NCBI GenBank assembly: GCA_038245295.1
Contig: JBBRSP010000016.1
Span: forward strand, 54,327 to 118,326
From: Candidatus Binatia bacterium
GTDB taxonomy: Bacteria > Desulfobacterota > Binatia > HRBIN30
Reading direction: 5' to 3'
DNA: 64,000 nucleotides
Part shown: one piece after another, positions 27,580 through 36,037 of the stretch
How the letters are laid out: the number at the start of each line of letters is the position of its first letter
Position numbering within the stretch: the stretch's first letter is position 1
Position numbers and translations under genes: made by a program
Notes under the pieces: generated by a model
Databases searched by the model: none
What the model saw: the letters and a program-made list of their open reading frames with translations, nothing else
What the model was told of the DNA's origin: nothing

Positions 27580-28623
27580 ATGGGCTTGACCGACTATCTA
27601 AAGGGACAGTTCCTCGAGATCATCGAATGGCAGGACAACTCACGCGACACCCTTTCGTATCGCTACCCGGACGCAGATCGAGAGATCAAACGCGGCGCCC
27701 AGCTCATCGTGCGCGAATCGCAGGTCGCACAGTTCATCTACCTCGGTCAGTTCGGCGATACGTTCAAACCGGGGAAGTGGACGCTCACAACCGACAACAT
27801 CCCCATCCTGTCGACACTCAAGGGTTGGAAGTACGGGTTTGAGTCACCATTCAAAGCCGACGTCTATTACATCACGACGCGCCTCTTCACCGGCAACAAG
27901 TGGGGCACCACCAACCCGGTGATGACGCGCGATCCGGAGTTGGGCGTCGTGCGCGTGCGCGCCTATGGGACGTTCGATTTCCGTGTCATCGATGCGAAGC
28001 TCTTCCTGCGGGAGGTTGCCGGGACCGACGATGACTTCCGGCTTGATGAATTCACCGACACGATGCGTTCGCGGATCGTCAGTGTCTTCAGCGACGCCCT
28101 CGCATCGGCGAAACTTCCGGTGTTCGACCTTGCCTCACGGTACCAGGCGCTTGGCGAAGCGCTGCTCCCCGTGATCAACCCGATCGTCAGCCGCAAGTAC
28201 GGCCTCGAGATCCCGAGCTTCATCGTCGAAAACATCTCGGTCCCACCCGAAGTCGCCGAGTCAATCGATAAGCGCTCGAGTATGGCGGCGGTGGGTGACC
28301 TCAACGAGTACGTAAAGTTCCAGATCGCGGAAAGCATGACGAAAGGTTCGGGCGGCAACCTGGCCAGCGCCGCGGCGCAGCTCGGCGGTGGTGTCGCGAT
28401 GGGCCAACAATTGATGAGCGCCCTCAGCACTGGGCAGCCGGCCGGCGCGGCGGTCGGCGCCGGCGCCACACCGGAGCTGCTCAGTGTGGCAGAGGTGGCA
28501 AAGGCATTGGGCGTGCCCGAGGCCGATGCGCTGACGACCCTCGAGAAGGGTGAACTGAAGGGCAAGAAGATTGGCGAGACGTGGCGGGTACCCCGCGCCG
28601 CCCTCGACGAATTCTTGCGCTGA
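27580..28623 (+). CDS. SPFH domain protein (YdjI-like) with C-terminal excisionase-type HTH
   Basis: QLIVRESQ, SPFKADVY, KWGT, IVENISVPPEV; C-terminal LLSVAEVAKALGV...GELKGKKIGETWRV; RBS AAAGGAG. Confidence 0.85.
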   Translation: MGLTDYLKGQFLEIIEWQDNSRDTLSYRYPDADREIKRGAQLIVRESQVAQFIYLGQFGDTFKPGKWTLTTDNIPILSTLKGWKYGFESPFKADVYYITTRLFTGNKWGTTNPVMTRDPELGVVRVRAYGTFDFRVIDAKLFLREVAGTDDDFRLDEFTDTMRSRIVSVFSDALASAKLPVFDLASRYQALGEALLPVINPIVSRKYGLEIPSFIVENISVPPEVAESIDKRSSMAAVGDLNEYVKFQIAESMTKGSGGNLASAAAQLGGGVAMGQQLMSALSTGQPAGAAVGAGATPELLSVAEVAKALGVPEADALTTLEKGELKGKKIGETWRVPRAALDEFLR

Positions 28624-28773
28624 GGCGCCCACCACCACCAGAGGTGGCGCCGCCGTGCGAATCGCGGCTCGCGAATACCCAAGTTTCGGAAGGGTCTACG
28701 AGACAACTTGTCTCGGCCTTTCCGGCATACAAAGGTCATCGCTGTGGCGCGCTACTTGCGGTAGAAGGCGGGT

Positions 28774-29145
28774 ATGGCACTCCCAATCCAGATCACCTTT
28801 CGTAACATGCCGGCATCGCCGGCGATCGAAGCAGCGATCAACGAAAAAGCGGCACGGCTTGAGCGCTTCGCTTCGCACATCACCTCCTTCCGTGTCGTCG
28901 TCGAAGAGCCGCATCGACACCACCATCAAGGTCGCCTCTACAATGCGCGCATCGATGTGGGCGTGGCGGGCGGTGAGCTTGTGGTGAACCGCGCTCCGGC
29001 CGAGCATCACGAGTTCGAAGACGTCTATGTCGCGATCCGGGATGCGTTCGACGCCATTACGCGCCAGCTCGAGGATTTCGTCCGCCGGCAACGCGGCGAG
29101 ACCAAACACCACGAGCCGCGGGCCGAGCGTTCGATTCCAGAATAG
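28774..29145 (+). CDS. HPF/RaiA family ribosome-associated protein
   Basis: IQITFRNM, ITSFRVVVEEPHRHHHQG, EDVYVAIRDAFDA. Confidence 0.85.
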   Translation: MALPIQITFRNMPASPAIEAAINEKAARLERFASHITSFRVVVEEPHRHHHQGRLYNARIDVGVAGGELVVNRAPAEHHEFEDVYVAIRDAFDAITRQLEDFVRRQRGETKHHEPRAERSIPE

Positions 29146-29482
29146 ACCGCCGCCCTCTCATTTGCCTAAAATCCCGGCACCGAATCCGCGCCTCAGACGC
29201 AATAGGAAGCCCTAGGAGACGCGATCACGGGCCGGGATGGCTTACCCTACGTACACAAACTCAACGTTTTTTGGCTTTCGCCCGTCTTCCGACCGTTCCG
29301 CCCCTTGAATTGATTGAGGAATTGTCGCGGCCCGTGGGCCTCGACTCGTCGAATTGTCGGTGATCCCGGCCCGATTCGACGCGAACGCTACTTTCCCCAA
29401 CAATTTCGCCCCCCTCGATTCTCGTTCTGAGTTCTCGACCCTGATTGGACGCCCGACCCCCAACCCCCTACCGCCTTCCATC

Positions 29483-29631
29483 TCTAATCGGAGCGCGCCA
29501 CTCCGTGGCGCCCGGGGTGGAACCTTACCCGCTACGGGTTTGGATTCCAGCGATGGGCGCCACGGAGTGTCGCGCTCCGCGACGGGATCCACCACCCGCC
29601 AGCCGCCAACAGGCCAAACCGAGACACTACC
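29483..29631. mobile_element. Partial relative of the 10898-10999 MITE containing a 25-bp hairpin
   Basis: Shares TCTAATCGGAG and GGGATCCACCACCCGCCAGCCGCCAACAGG plus right end CAAACCGAGACACTACC (29615-29631); no left end found. Confidence 0.6.
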
Positions 29632-29677
29632 CGCAGAACCACACATTCGATCGGCACACCAGAATGGTGTAACGACC

Positions 29678-29704
29678 TGTCGAATCAATACACTTTCATT
29701 CGTC
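29678..29704 (+). promoter_or_regulatory. ECF42-type promoter
   Basis: TGTCGA (29678-29683), 17 nt, CGTC (29701-29704); identical architecture at 32311-32285. Confidence 0.65.
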
Positions 29705-29774
29705 ATAGGGCAGAGCAGAGATACCGCGTCGGCTCCGGCCGCCGGATCCTGCACCCAGAAAGGAATGTGTCCCG

Positions 29775-29864
29775 ATGCAACTGAATCCGCATCTGACGTT
29801 TGACGGCCAATGCGAGGCAGCGTTCAAGCTCGACGAACGCATCCTTGGCGGCAACGCCGCCTAG
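29775..29864 (+). pseudogene. N-terminal remnant of a VOC/PhnB family gene (29 aa)
   Basis: Translates MQLNPHLTFDGQCEAAFKLDERILGGNAA*, the typical PhnB-family N-terminus, then stops; AAAGGA upstream. Confidence 0.7.
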
Positions 29865-29892
29865 TCACATCAAACCAATCTCGGAGCCATCC

Positions 29893-30420
29893 ATGATCAA
29901 GATCATCGCCATCGTCATCGTCGTCTTCATCGCCGGTATTCTCGGGTATGCCGCCACCAGGCCCGACACGTTGCGCGTGCAACGCGCGACCACCATCCAC
30001 GCCGCTCCGGACAAGATCTTCGCGTTCATCAACGACTTCCGCAGCTGGCCGTCGTGGTCCCCCTACGAGAAGAAGGACCCGCTGATGAAACGAACCCTCA
30101 GCGGCGCCGCCAGCGGCAAGGGCGCCATCTATGAGTGGGACGGCGACAAGAACATCGGCAAGGGGCGGATGGAAATCCTCGACACGACCCCAGGCTCGAA
30201 GATCGTCATCAAGCTCGATTTCTTCAGCCCGTTCGAAGGCCACAATACCGCCGAGTTCGCGCTCAGCCCGAAAGGCAACGCGACCGATCTGACGTGGCTC
30301 ATGTACGGACCCAACACGTTCATGGGCAAGGTGATGGGCACCTTCATCAATATGGACAAGATGATTGGTGATGACTTCGAGGTTGGCCTGGCGAATCTGA
30401 AGGTGATGGCCGAGCAGTGA
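29893..30420 (+). CDS. SRPBCC (polyketide cyclase/START-like) family protein with N-terminal anchor
   Basis: WPSWSPYEKKDP, GAIYEWDG, GKGRMEI, DKMIGDDFEVGLANLK. Confidence 0.9.
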   Translation: MIKIIAIVIVVFIAGILGYAATRPDTLRVQRATTIHAAPDKIFAFINDFRSWPSWSPYEKKDPLMKRTLSGAASGKGAIYEWDGDKNIGKGRMEILDTTPGSKIVIKLDFFSPFEGHNTAEFALSPKGNATDLTWLMYGPNTFMGKVMGTFINMDKMIGDDFEVGLANLKVMAEQ

Positions 30421-30454
30421 CTCGGCTTGCCCGATCAGGATTCCCGCTTGGGGA

Positions 30455-30560
30455 CCCTCACCCCTACCCTCTCCCACCAGCGACGATTCCGGTCGAGGTG
30501 GGAGAGGGGGTAACTCTCCCTCTCCCGCCATATCGGGATCATGGATTGCGGGAGAGGGTG
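30455..30560. repeat. CCCTCTCCC...GGGAGAGGG palindromic repeat cluster
   Basis: CCCTCACCCCTACCCTCTCCCACC...GGTGGGAGAGGG followed by a second hairpin; same family at 39933 and 45778. Confidence 0.7.
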
Positions 30561-30628
30561 ACCGGTCGATCGAGAACCAACCCTATCGAAGGCGCGGTGA
30601 GGATCTGGCATTGAACCCGAGGCAAACC

Positions 30629-31873
30629 CTACAACGCGGCGCGGCGTCGCTGCAGGAAGCGACGCACCGCCGGATCGGTATTCAAGCCGATGGCGCGCTC
30701 GTAGGCGGCGTCGGCAGCGGCGACATCACCGGTCCGCGCCAGCAAGCCGGCGCGCGCCGCCCAATAGGGTTGATAGTTGCGCAAGCGCGCATCCTCGGCG
30801 AGTGCGTCGAGCGCTGCCAGGCCGTCCGCAGCGCCGCGGTTCTCGGCTACGGCAATGGCACGATTGATGGCGACCACGGGCGAGCCGGTGATGTTCAGGA
30901 GGACGTCGTAGATTCCTTCGATCGCTGCCCAGTCAGCACGCCCGGTGACACGACGGACGACGTGCGCCGACTGTACCGCTGCTTCGAGCTGGTAACGTCC
31001 GCTGGTCGGCAAACGGCTAGCCCGTCGCAACAGTTCCTCGGCCTCTTCGATGAGCGCCGCATCCCACTGAGCCGCTTGCTGTTCGTCGAGCGGCACATAT
31101 TCCCCGTCGCCATCACGCCGCGCCGCGTAGCGCGCCTGCGCGAAGAGCATGAGGGCCAACAGCCCCAACGCTTCCGGTTCCTCCGGCAGAAGTGTCGCCA
31201 CCAGACGTGCCAACCAGATGCCTTCGGTGGCAAGGTTGCGCGGCTGCGATTCGCTGCCGGCGTGATCCGACCAGCCCTCGGCGAAGGCAGCGTAGAGAGC
31301 TTCGAGCACACCATCCAACCGCGACACGAGCTCGTCGCGCTCCGGAATGTGGAACGGAATGCCGGCTTGGCGGATCTTGTTCTTGGCCCGCACCAGGCGC
31401 TGCGCCATCGTCGCCGGCGCCACGAGAAATGCCGAGCCGATGGCGGCGGCATCGAAACCCAGAATCGTCTGCAGGATGAGCGGGGCGTGAATACCGGCAT
31501 CAAGCGCCGGGTGGGCGCAAGCAAACATGAGCGACAGGCGTTCGTCCGGCACCTTGGCCGCTTCGGCTGCCGCCGCCTCGAGCTCTTCCATCACCAGGCC
31601 GAGGTGGCTCACCGCCTCCTTGCGCGTCTTCTGCCGTCGCGACGCATCAATCATCCGGCGCCGTGCCACCGTCAGCAACCACGCCTCGGGCGCATCGGGC
31701 ACGCCGTTCGTCGGCCAATCAACGAGCGCTGTAGCGAACGCGTCGGCCAGGGCATCCTCGGCTCCGGCAACATCACTCGTGCGCGCCGCCAGGAAGGCGA
31801 CGAGTTTGCCGTAGCTGCGCCGAGCTACGGCTTCGGCGGCGTCGCGGGCAATCTCGTCGTCTGTCGGCGGCAT
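30629..31873 (-). CDS. ECF sigma factor with long C-terminal extension (ECF42-like)
   Basis: AEDALADAF, WLLTVARRRMID, DERLSLMFACAHPAL, MAQRLVRAK, YQLEAA, SPVVAINRA; downstream of YciI/DGPF gene. Confidence 0.9.
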   Translation of the reverse strand: MPPTDDEIARDAAEAVARRSYGKLVAFLAARTSDVAGAEDALADAFATALVDWPTNGVPDAPEAWLLTVARRRMIDASRRQKTRKEAVSHLGLVMEELEAAAAEAAKVPDERLSLMFACAHPALDAGIHAPLILQTILGFDAAAIGSAFLVAPATMAQRLVRAKNKIRQAGIPFHIPERDELVSRLDGVLEALYAAFAEGWSDHAGSESQPRNLATEGIWLARLVATLLPEEPEALGLLALMLFAQARYAARRDGDGEYVPLDEQQAAQWDAALIEEAEELLRRASRLPTSGRYQLEAAVQSAHVVRRVTGRADWAAIEGIYDVLLNITGSPVVAINRAIAVAENRGAADGLAALDALAEDARLRNYQPYWAARAGLLARTGDVAAADAAYERAIGLNTDPAVRRFLQRRRAAL

Positions 31874-31882
31874 CGTGGAGTC

Positions 31883-32218
31883 CTACAGAGGCCAGACCGG
31901 CCGCACCTCGACCCGACCGCGCGTCGCGCTGGGGCAGCGCGCCGCCCAGGCAAGCGCCGTGTCGAGATCGGCAACATCGATCACGTGATACCCGCCGAGT
32001 TGCTCCTTCGCTTCGGCATACGGTCCGTCGACGACGTGCGTCTTGCCGCCGCTGACATGCACCGTGGTCGCCGTCGTCACGCCCCGCAGGCGTTCGCCGC
32101 CGATATAGATGCCCGCCTTCTTCATCGCCTCGGCATAGGCGGCACACGTCGGCATGCGATCGTCCATGTTTGCCACCCGATCGGTGTCGTCCTCGTAGAT
32201 CAACAACATGTACTTCAT
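31883..32218 (-). CDS. YciI/DGPF family protein
   Basis: MKYMLLIY, VVDGPYAEAKEQLGGY, VEVRPV; RBS AAGGAG. Confidence 0.9.
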   Translation of the reverse strand: MKYMLLIYEDDTDRVANMDDRMPTCAAYAEAMKKAGIYIGGERLRGVTTATTVHVSGGKTHVVDGPYAEAKEQLGGYHVIDVADLDTALAWAARCPSATRGRVEVRPVWPL

Positions 32219-32284
32219 ACCGGTCTCCTTTATTCGTCCCTCGCGACAACGCAAAGTACGTTTTTGAAATCATCTCGCCCCTCA

Positions 32285-32311
32285 GACGTTCGGCACAAGC
32301 TGGAATCGACA
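32285..32311 (-). promoter_or_regulatory. ECF42-type promoter of the YciI-ECF operon
   Basis: Minus strand TGTCGA (32311-32306), 17 nt, CGTC (32288-32285). Confidence 0.7.
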
Positions 32312-32320
32312 GACCCGCCG

Positions 32321-32399
32321 CCGCAGGCTGAAGCCTGCGCCTACCTCACCGACTCCGCAGATGAGAGGCAAACAGGTAGGCGCAAGCTTCAGCTTGCGG
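32321..32399. repeat. REP doublet (REPIN-like), GTAG type
   Basis: CCGCAGGCTGAAGCCTGCGCCTACC and inverted GGTAGGCGCAAGCTTCAGCTTGCGG; other copies near 33893, 34645, 41621, 63860. Confidence 0.75.
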
Positions 32400-32462
32400 C
32401 GCAAGGCGTCCAGCCGCCAAACGCCAGGGCACCAGAATTCACAACCATAGGAGAAATTGAAG

Positions 32463-33602
32463 ATGGCCCAGACGCAACCGACAGTCGTGTTGATCGCCAC
32501 CCGCAAAGGCGCCTTCTTCCTGCACGAGAAGGAGCAGCGGACGAGCTGGCAGTTGTCCGAGCCGCTGTTTCTCGGCCATATGGTGCACCACATGGTCCAG
32601 GACCCGCGCGATCCATCGCGGTTGCTGCTCGCCGCGCGCACCGGCCATCTTGGCCCGACCGTGTTTCGCTCCAAAGATTTCGGCCGACAATGGTTCGAGG
32701 CGCGCAAGCCGCCGGCGTTTCCCAAAGCGGCGGACGGTGAGAGCGGTCGCGTCGTCGACCACGTCTTCTGGCTGACGCCCGGTCACGCCGACGAGCCCGG
32801 GGTGTGGTACGCCGGCACGTCGCCGCAGGGCTTGTTCCGCAGCGAAGATCACGGCGAAAGCTGGGAGTCGGTGGCCGGGTTCGACACCCATCCACTCAAG
32901 GCCGCGTGGGTTGGCAACACGCAGGACGGCACACCCGACGGGCCGAAGCTGCACTCTGTCCTCGTCGATCCACGCGATGCGCGACATCTCTACCTCGGCA
33001 TGTCGAGCGGCGGCGTGCACGAGTCGCTCGATCGCGGCGCTACCTGGCGGCCGCTGATCGGCGGCCTGCAGGTGGTTGAGCCAATGGACGCAACCAACAT
33101 CGCCTTCCACGACCCACACTGCGTGCGGCTGTGCCCGACACATCCCGATCGCCTCTACCAACAGAATCACTGCGGCATCTACCGCCTCGATCGCCCAGGC
33201 GAGACGTGGGTGCGCATCGGCAACAACATGCCGCGCGAAGAAGGTGACGCCGGGTTTCCAATGGTCGTGCATCCACGGGATGCGGATACGTGTTTCGTCT
33301 TTCCGATGGACGGCACCGATGTTTGGCCACGCACCAGCCCCGGCGGAAAGCCGGCGGTGTATCGCACGCGTGACGCGGGCGCGTCGTGGACACGTCTCGA
33401 TCGAGGTCTGCCGCAGGCACAAGCCTGGATGACAGTGAAGCGGCAAGCGATGGCCGCCGACAGCCGCGATCCGCTCGGCCTGTATTTCGGCACCACGAAT
33501 GGCGAGCTGTGGAATAGCCGCGACGAGGGCGACACTTGGCAGTGCGCCTGGCGCAACCTGCAGCACGTCTATGCGGTCGAGACGGCGGTGACACCGAGTT
33601 AG
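32463..33602 (+). CDS. BNR/Asp-box beta-propeller protein (sialidase-like/WD40-YVTN family)
   Basis: Repeated Asp boxes SKDFGRQW, SEDHGESW, SLDRGATW, TRDAGASW, SRDEGDTW; LYQQNHCG; RBS AGGAGA. Confidence 0.85.
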   Translation: MAQTQPTVVLIATRKGAFFLHEKEQRTSWQLSEPLFLGHMVHHMVQDPRDPSRLLLAARTGHLGPTVFRSKDFGRQWFEARKPPAFPKAADGESGRVVDHVFWLTPGHADEPGVWYAGTSPQGLFRSEDHGESWESVAGFDTHPLKAAWVGNTQDGTPDGPKLHSVLVDPRDARHLYLGMSSGGVHESLDRGATWRPLIGGLQVVEPMDATNIAFHDPHCVRLCPTHPDRLYQQNHCGIYRLDRPGETWVRIGNNMPREEGDAGFPMVVHPRDADTCFVFPMDGTDVWPRTSPGGKPAVYRTRDAGASWTRLDRGLPQAQAWMTVKRQAMAADSRDPLGLYFGTTNGELWNSRDEGDTWQCAWRNLQHVYAVETAVTPS

Positions 33603-33607
33603 CGCCG

Positions 33608-33880
33608 ATGCGCGTGCACATCCCCACGGCGCTGCGCTCCTACACCGGGCGTCAGTCGGAGGTTGAAGCGAACGGCACAACCCTCGGTGCCGTGCTCGAC
33701 GATCTCGATCGCCAGTTCCCCGGCCTGCGTTTCCGCATCATCGATGAGCAAGACAACGTGCGCACCCACATCAAACTTTTCGTGAACGGCGAACAGGTGC
33801 GCGACCTCGGCATCGGCATCGCCGCCGGCGAGGTTGCCATCGTCATGGCTCTGAGTGGTGGTGTCGCGACGTCGCGGTGA
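33608..33880 (+). CDS. MoaD/ThiS family ubiquitin-like protein
   Basis: MRVHIPTALRSYT, FPGLRFRIIDE, FVNGE, ALSGG followed by VATSR. Confidence 0.85.
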   Translation: MRVHIPTALRSYTGRQSEVEANGTTLGAVLDDLDRQFPGLRFRIIDEQDNVRTHIKLFVNGEQVRDLGIGIAAGEVAIVMALSGGVATSR

Positions 33881-33955
33881 GGGCGGAAGGTCGTCCGCAG
33901 GCTAAAGCCTGCGGACAGCTGAGCGCAGTCTGCAAAGCCGGGAAAGGGCAGCCCC

Positions 33956-34225
33956 CTATCCCCGACGCGCCGCCACCACCCACAACGGATCCGCGTCAGC
34001 CGGCGAACGATCAACGAACTCCGCGGCGCCAAACCCCGCCGCTTCAAAATAGACCTGCAGCAGACGAACACGCTCCTCCGGTGTCGTGCTGTGCCACGCG
34101 AGGATTGCCTTGGTGGGGAAGCAGCGATGCGAGGTTGCAATCAGCGCCAGGCCGCCCGGCTTCAGGATCCGATGCACCGACGCATACACCTCAATCGGGC
34201 GCGTCAGATACTGCACCGACACTGC
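33956..34225 (-). pseudogene. 3' fragment of a class I SAM-dependent methyltransferase
   Basis: AVSVQYLTRPIEVYASVHRILKPGG...SHRCFPTKAILAW...DPLWVVAARR; N-terminal SAM-binding half missing. Confidence 0.7.
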
Positions 34226-34566
34226 CCTTGAGCATCGTCGGCCCCAGCCGCTTTCAAACGGTCGAGTACTGCCAGGTGGTAGTCTTGCGGATTGAGCCCG
34301 TCGTCCTCGCTGTGGCGAATGGCCTCCAACAACGCCTCGACCATCGCGGCGTTGCCCCACAGCGATTGGAACGCGCGCTGGTCGTACATCTCGGGCAACA
34401 ACATTGGCGAGGCAATGGTGTCGCCGGACAACTGCGCCGGGGGGTTGGCGCGAATCGACTCGATGCTCTGCTCGATCAAGGGTTCGGTCCCGGTCGCTGC
34501 CGCGGCCGGAGCCACGGCAAACCAGAGGAACGCCACCACACCCAGAATCATTCTCTCACGCCTCAC
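34204..34566 (-). pseudogene. 5' fragment of a YcbB/LdtD-type L,D-transpeptidase
   Basis: Signal peptide then MYDQRAFQSLW...HSEDDGLNPQDYH scaffold motif; ends after about 112 aa where methyltransferase sequence begins; RBS GGAGAG upstream. Confidence 0.6.
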
Positions 34567-34716
34567 GTCGTTCTCCTCCCCGCTCCGCTGACCTAGCGGC
34601 GGTTCGACCTGTTAGCCGTAGCGCTAGGAGAACCGCCCTACGGCGTAGGCGCAGCAGCCAGGCTTCAGCCTGCGGCGCGCTCCGATGAGAACCGATGTGC
34701 AAATCCGCGCCGACAT

Positions 34717-35907
34717 TCACCGACGAACCGAAGCACTTGAACCGCTTCCACCTGTCGCCCTTCCCCAGTCGGATTCGACGCAATAACGCATGATGTTGCG
34801 GAAGTAGTCTTCGACCGGCGGTGGGGAGATTCCAGCCGCTTGCAGATGCGCCTGCGCCGCGCGCGTATCGAACGAGGCGCGATAGGCGAAGTAGGGGAAG
34901 TAGACCTCGCCGGTGCGCAGCAACTCGCGGCGTTTGCCCCAGAACACGGTGTAGAGAAGGGGACGGACGAGGTTGTAGGAGAGCGAAGTCGGAATCATGA
35001 CCGGCCGGCGGACGCGGAAGAACTCACACGCCATCTCGAGGAGCTCTCCACACGAGCTCTGGCGCGACGGCCCGGCGGTCAGATGGAAACAGCCGCCGAC
35101 GGACTCTGGTCGGGCCCGCAGCGCCTGGAAGGCGGCGACGACGTAGTCGATCGGTACGACGTCGACCAGCCCATCACGATCGGCTGGGACAACGATGACA
35201 TAGCCGCTCGCCAACACCTTGAGCGGCCAATACAACACACGGAAGTTCGAGGTGTAACCACTGCGCGAATCACCGACGATGATGCTCGGCCGCAGGATGG
35301 CGATCGGCAGCTCGGTCTGATGTTGGCGCACCAGCTGTTCAGCCTCCCACTTGGTACGGTCGTAAGTGTTGTGAAAGCCGACGGGGCGCAGCTCATCTTC
35401 TCCGAAGCGGCCGCTCGCGTCGCCAGCTACGTAGGCCGTACTGAAATAGTCGATGCGGCGCAGACGTCCGCGTCGCTGGATAGCCGCGCCGAGATCGAGG
35501 ATCTTCTGTGTCCCGCGCACGTTGACGTTACGCGCCTCGTCGAGCGGCAGGTTGAAGCGCACCGTGGCGGCGCAGTGGACGATGTCACTAATCTCTGCCG
35601 TCAATCCGTCGTACTGATCGGACGACAACCCGAGCTTGTCGTCGGCAAGATCGCCGACGATCAACGTGCAGCGGCGCTTGGCCTCGTCGCTGAGTGCCGC
35701 CTCGGGGGCATCGAGCAAACGCCGCAATCGCTCCACCGCGACACCTTCACGCCGATCATCACGCAGCAGACATAAGACACGCTGCCCCGGCTGGCTCAGC
35801 AGCTCCCACAGGACGTGACGGCCCAGGAAACCACTCGCGCCCGTGAGCAGAGTTGTCCCGTCCGTCGTCGCACCAGCACCGTTCGTCGAAATCATCTGCT
35901 TCCCCAT
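34717..35907 (-). CDS. Extended SDR, thioester/fatty acyl reductase-like (male-sterility type)
   Basis: LTGASGFLG, IVHCAATVRF, FSTAYVAG, YDRTK, LRPSIIVGDSRSG, VVPIDYV. Confidence 0.88.
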   Translation of the reverse strand: MGKQMISTNGAGATTDGTTLLTGASGFLGRHVLWELLSQPGQRVLCLLRDDRREGVAVERLRRLLDAPEAALSDEAKRRCTLIVGDLADDKLGLSSDQYDGLTAEISDIVHCAATVRFNLPLDEARNVNVRGTQKILDLGAAIQRRGRLRRIDYFSTAYVAGDASGRFGEDELRPVGFHNTYDRTKWEAEQLVRQHQTELPIAILRPSIIVGDSRSGYTSNFRVLYWPLKVLASGYVIVVPADRDGLVDVVPIDYVVAAFQALRARPESVGGCFHLTAGPSRQSSCGELLEMACEFFRVRRPVMIPTSLSYNLVRPLLYTVFWGKRRELLRTGEVYFPYFAYRASFDTRAAQAHLQAAGISPPPVEDYFRNIMRYCVESDWGRATGGSGSSASVRR

Positions 35908-36037
35908 TGCCAGGGTCGGGCGATGTTCGGCAAGGGCTCGTGGTGTTTACATTCACAGGGCGCCGCCCCGCCGCGGAGGCACCATCCCTCGGATCGAGGT
36001 TTGACACGCGTTCCGATGGTCCACTAAAGGCGGGGGC

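Noticed and set aside
29242..29803. ORFs of 149-170 aa on both strands
   Set aside because: They translate MITE/hairpin sequence also found at 10.9 kb and show no family motif.
30611..32740. 709-aa plus-strand ORF
   Set aside because: Antisense to the ECF sigma and YciI genes, which have clear family motifs; typical high-GC shadow frame.
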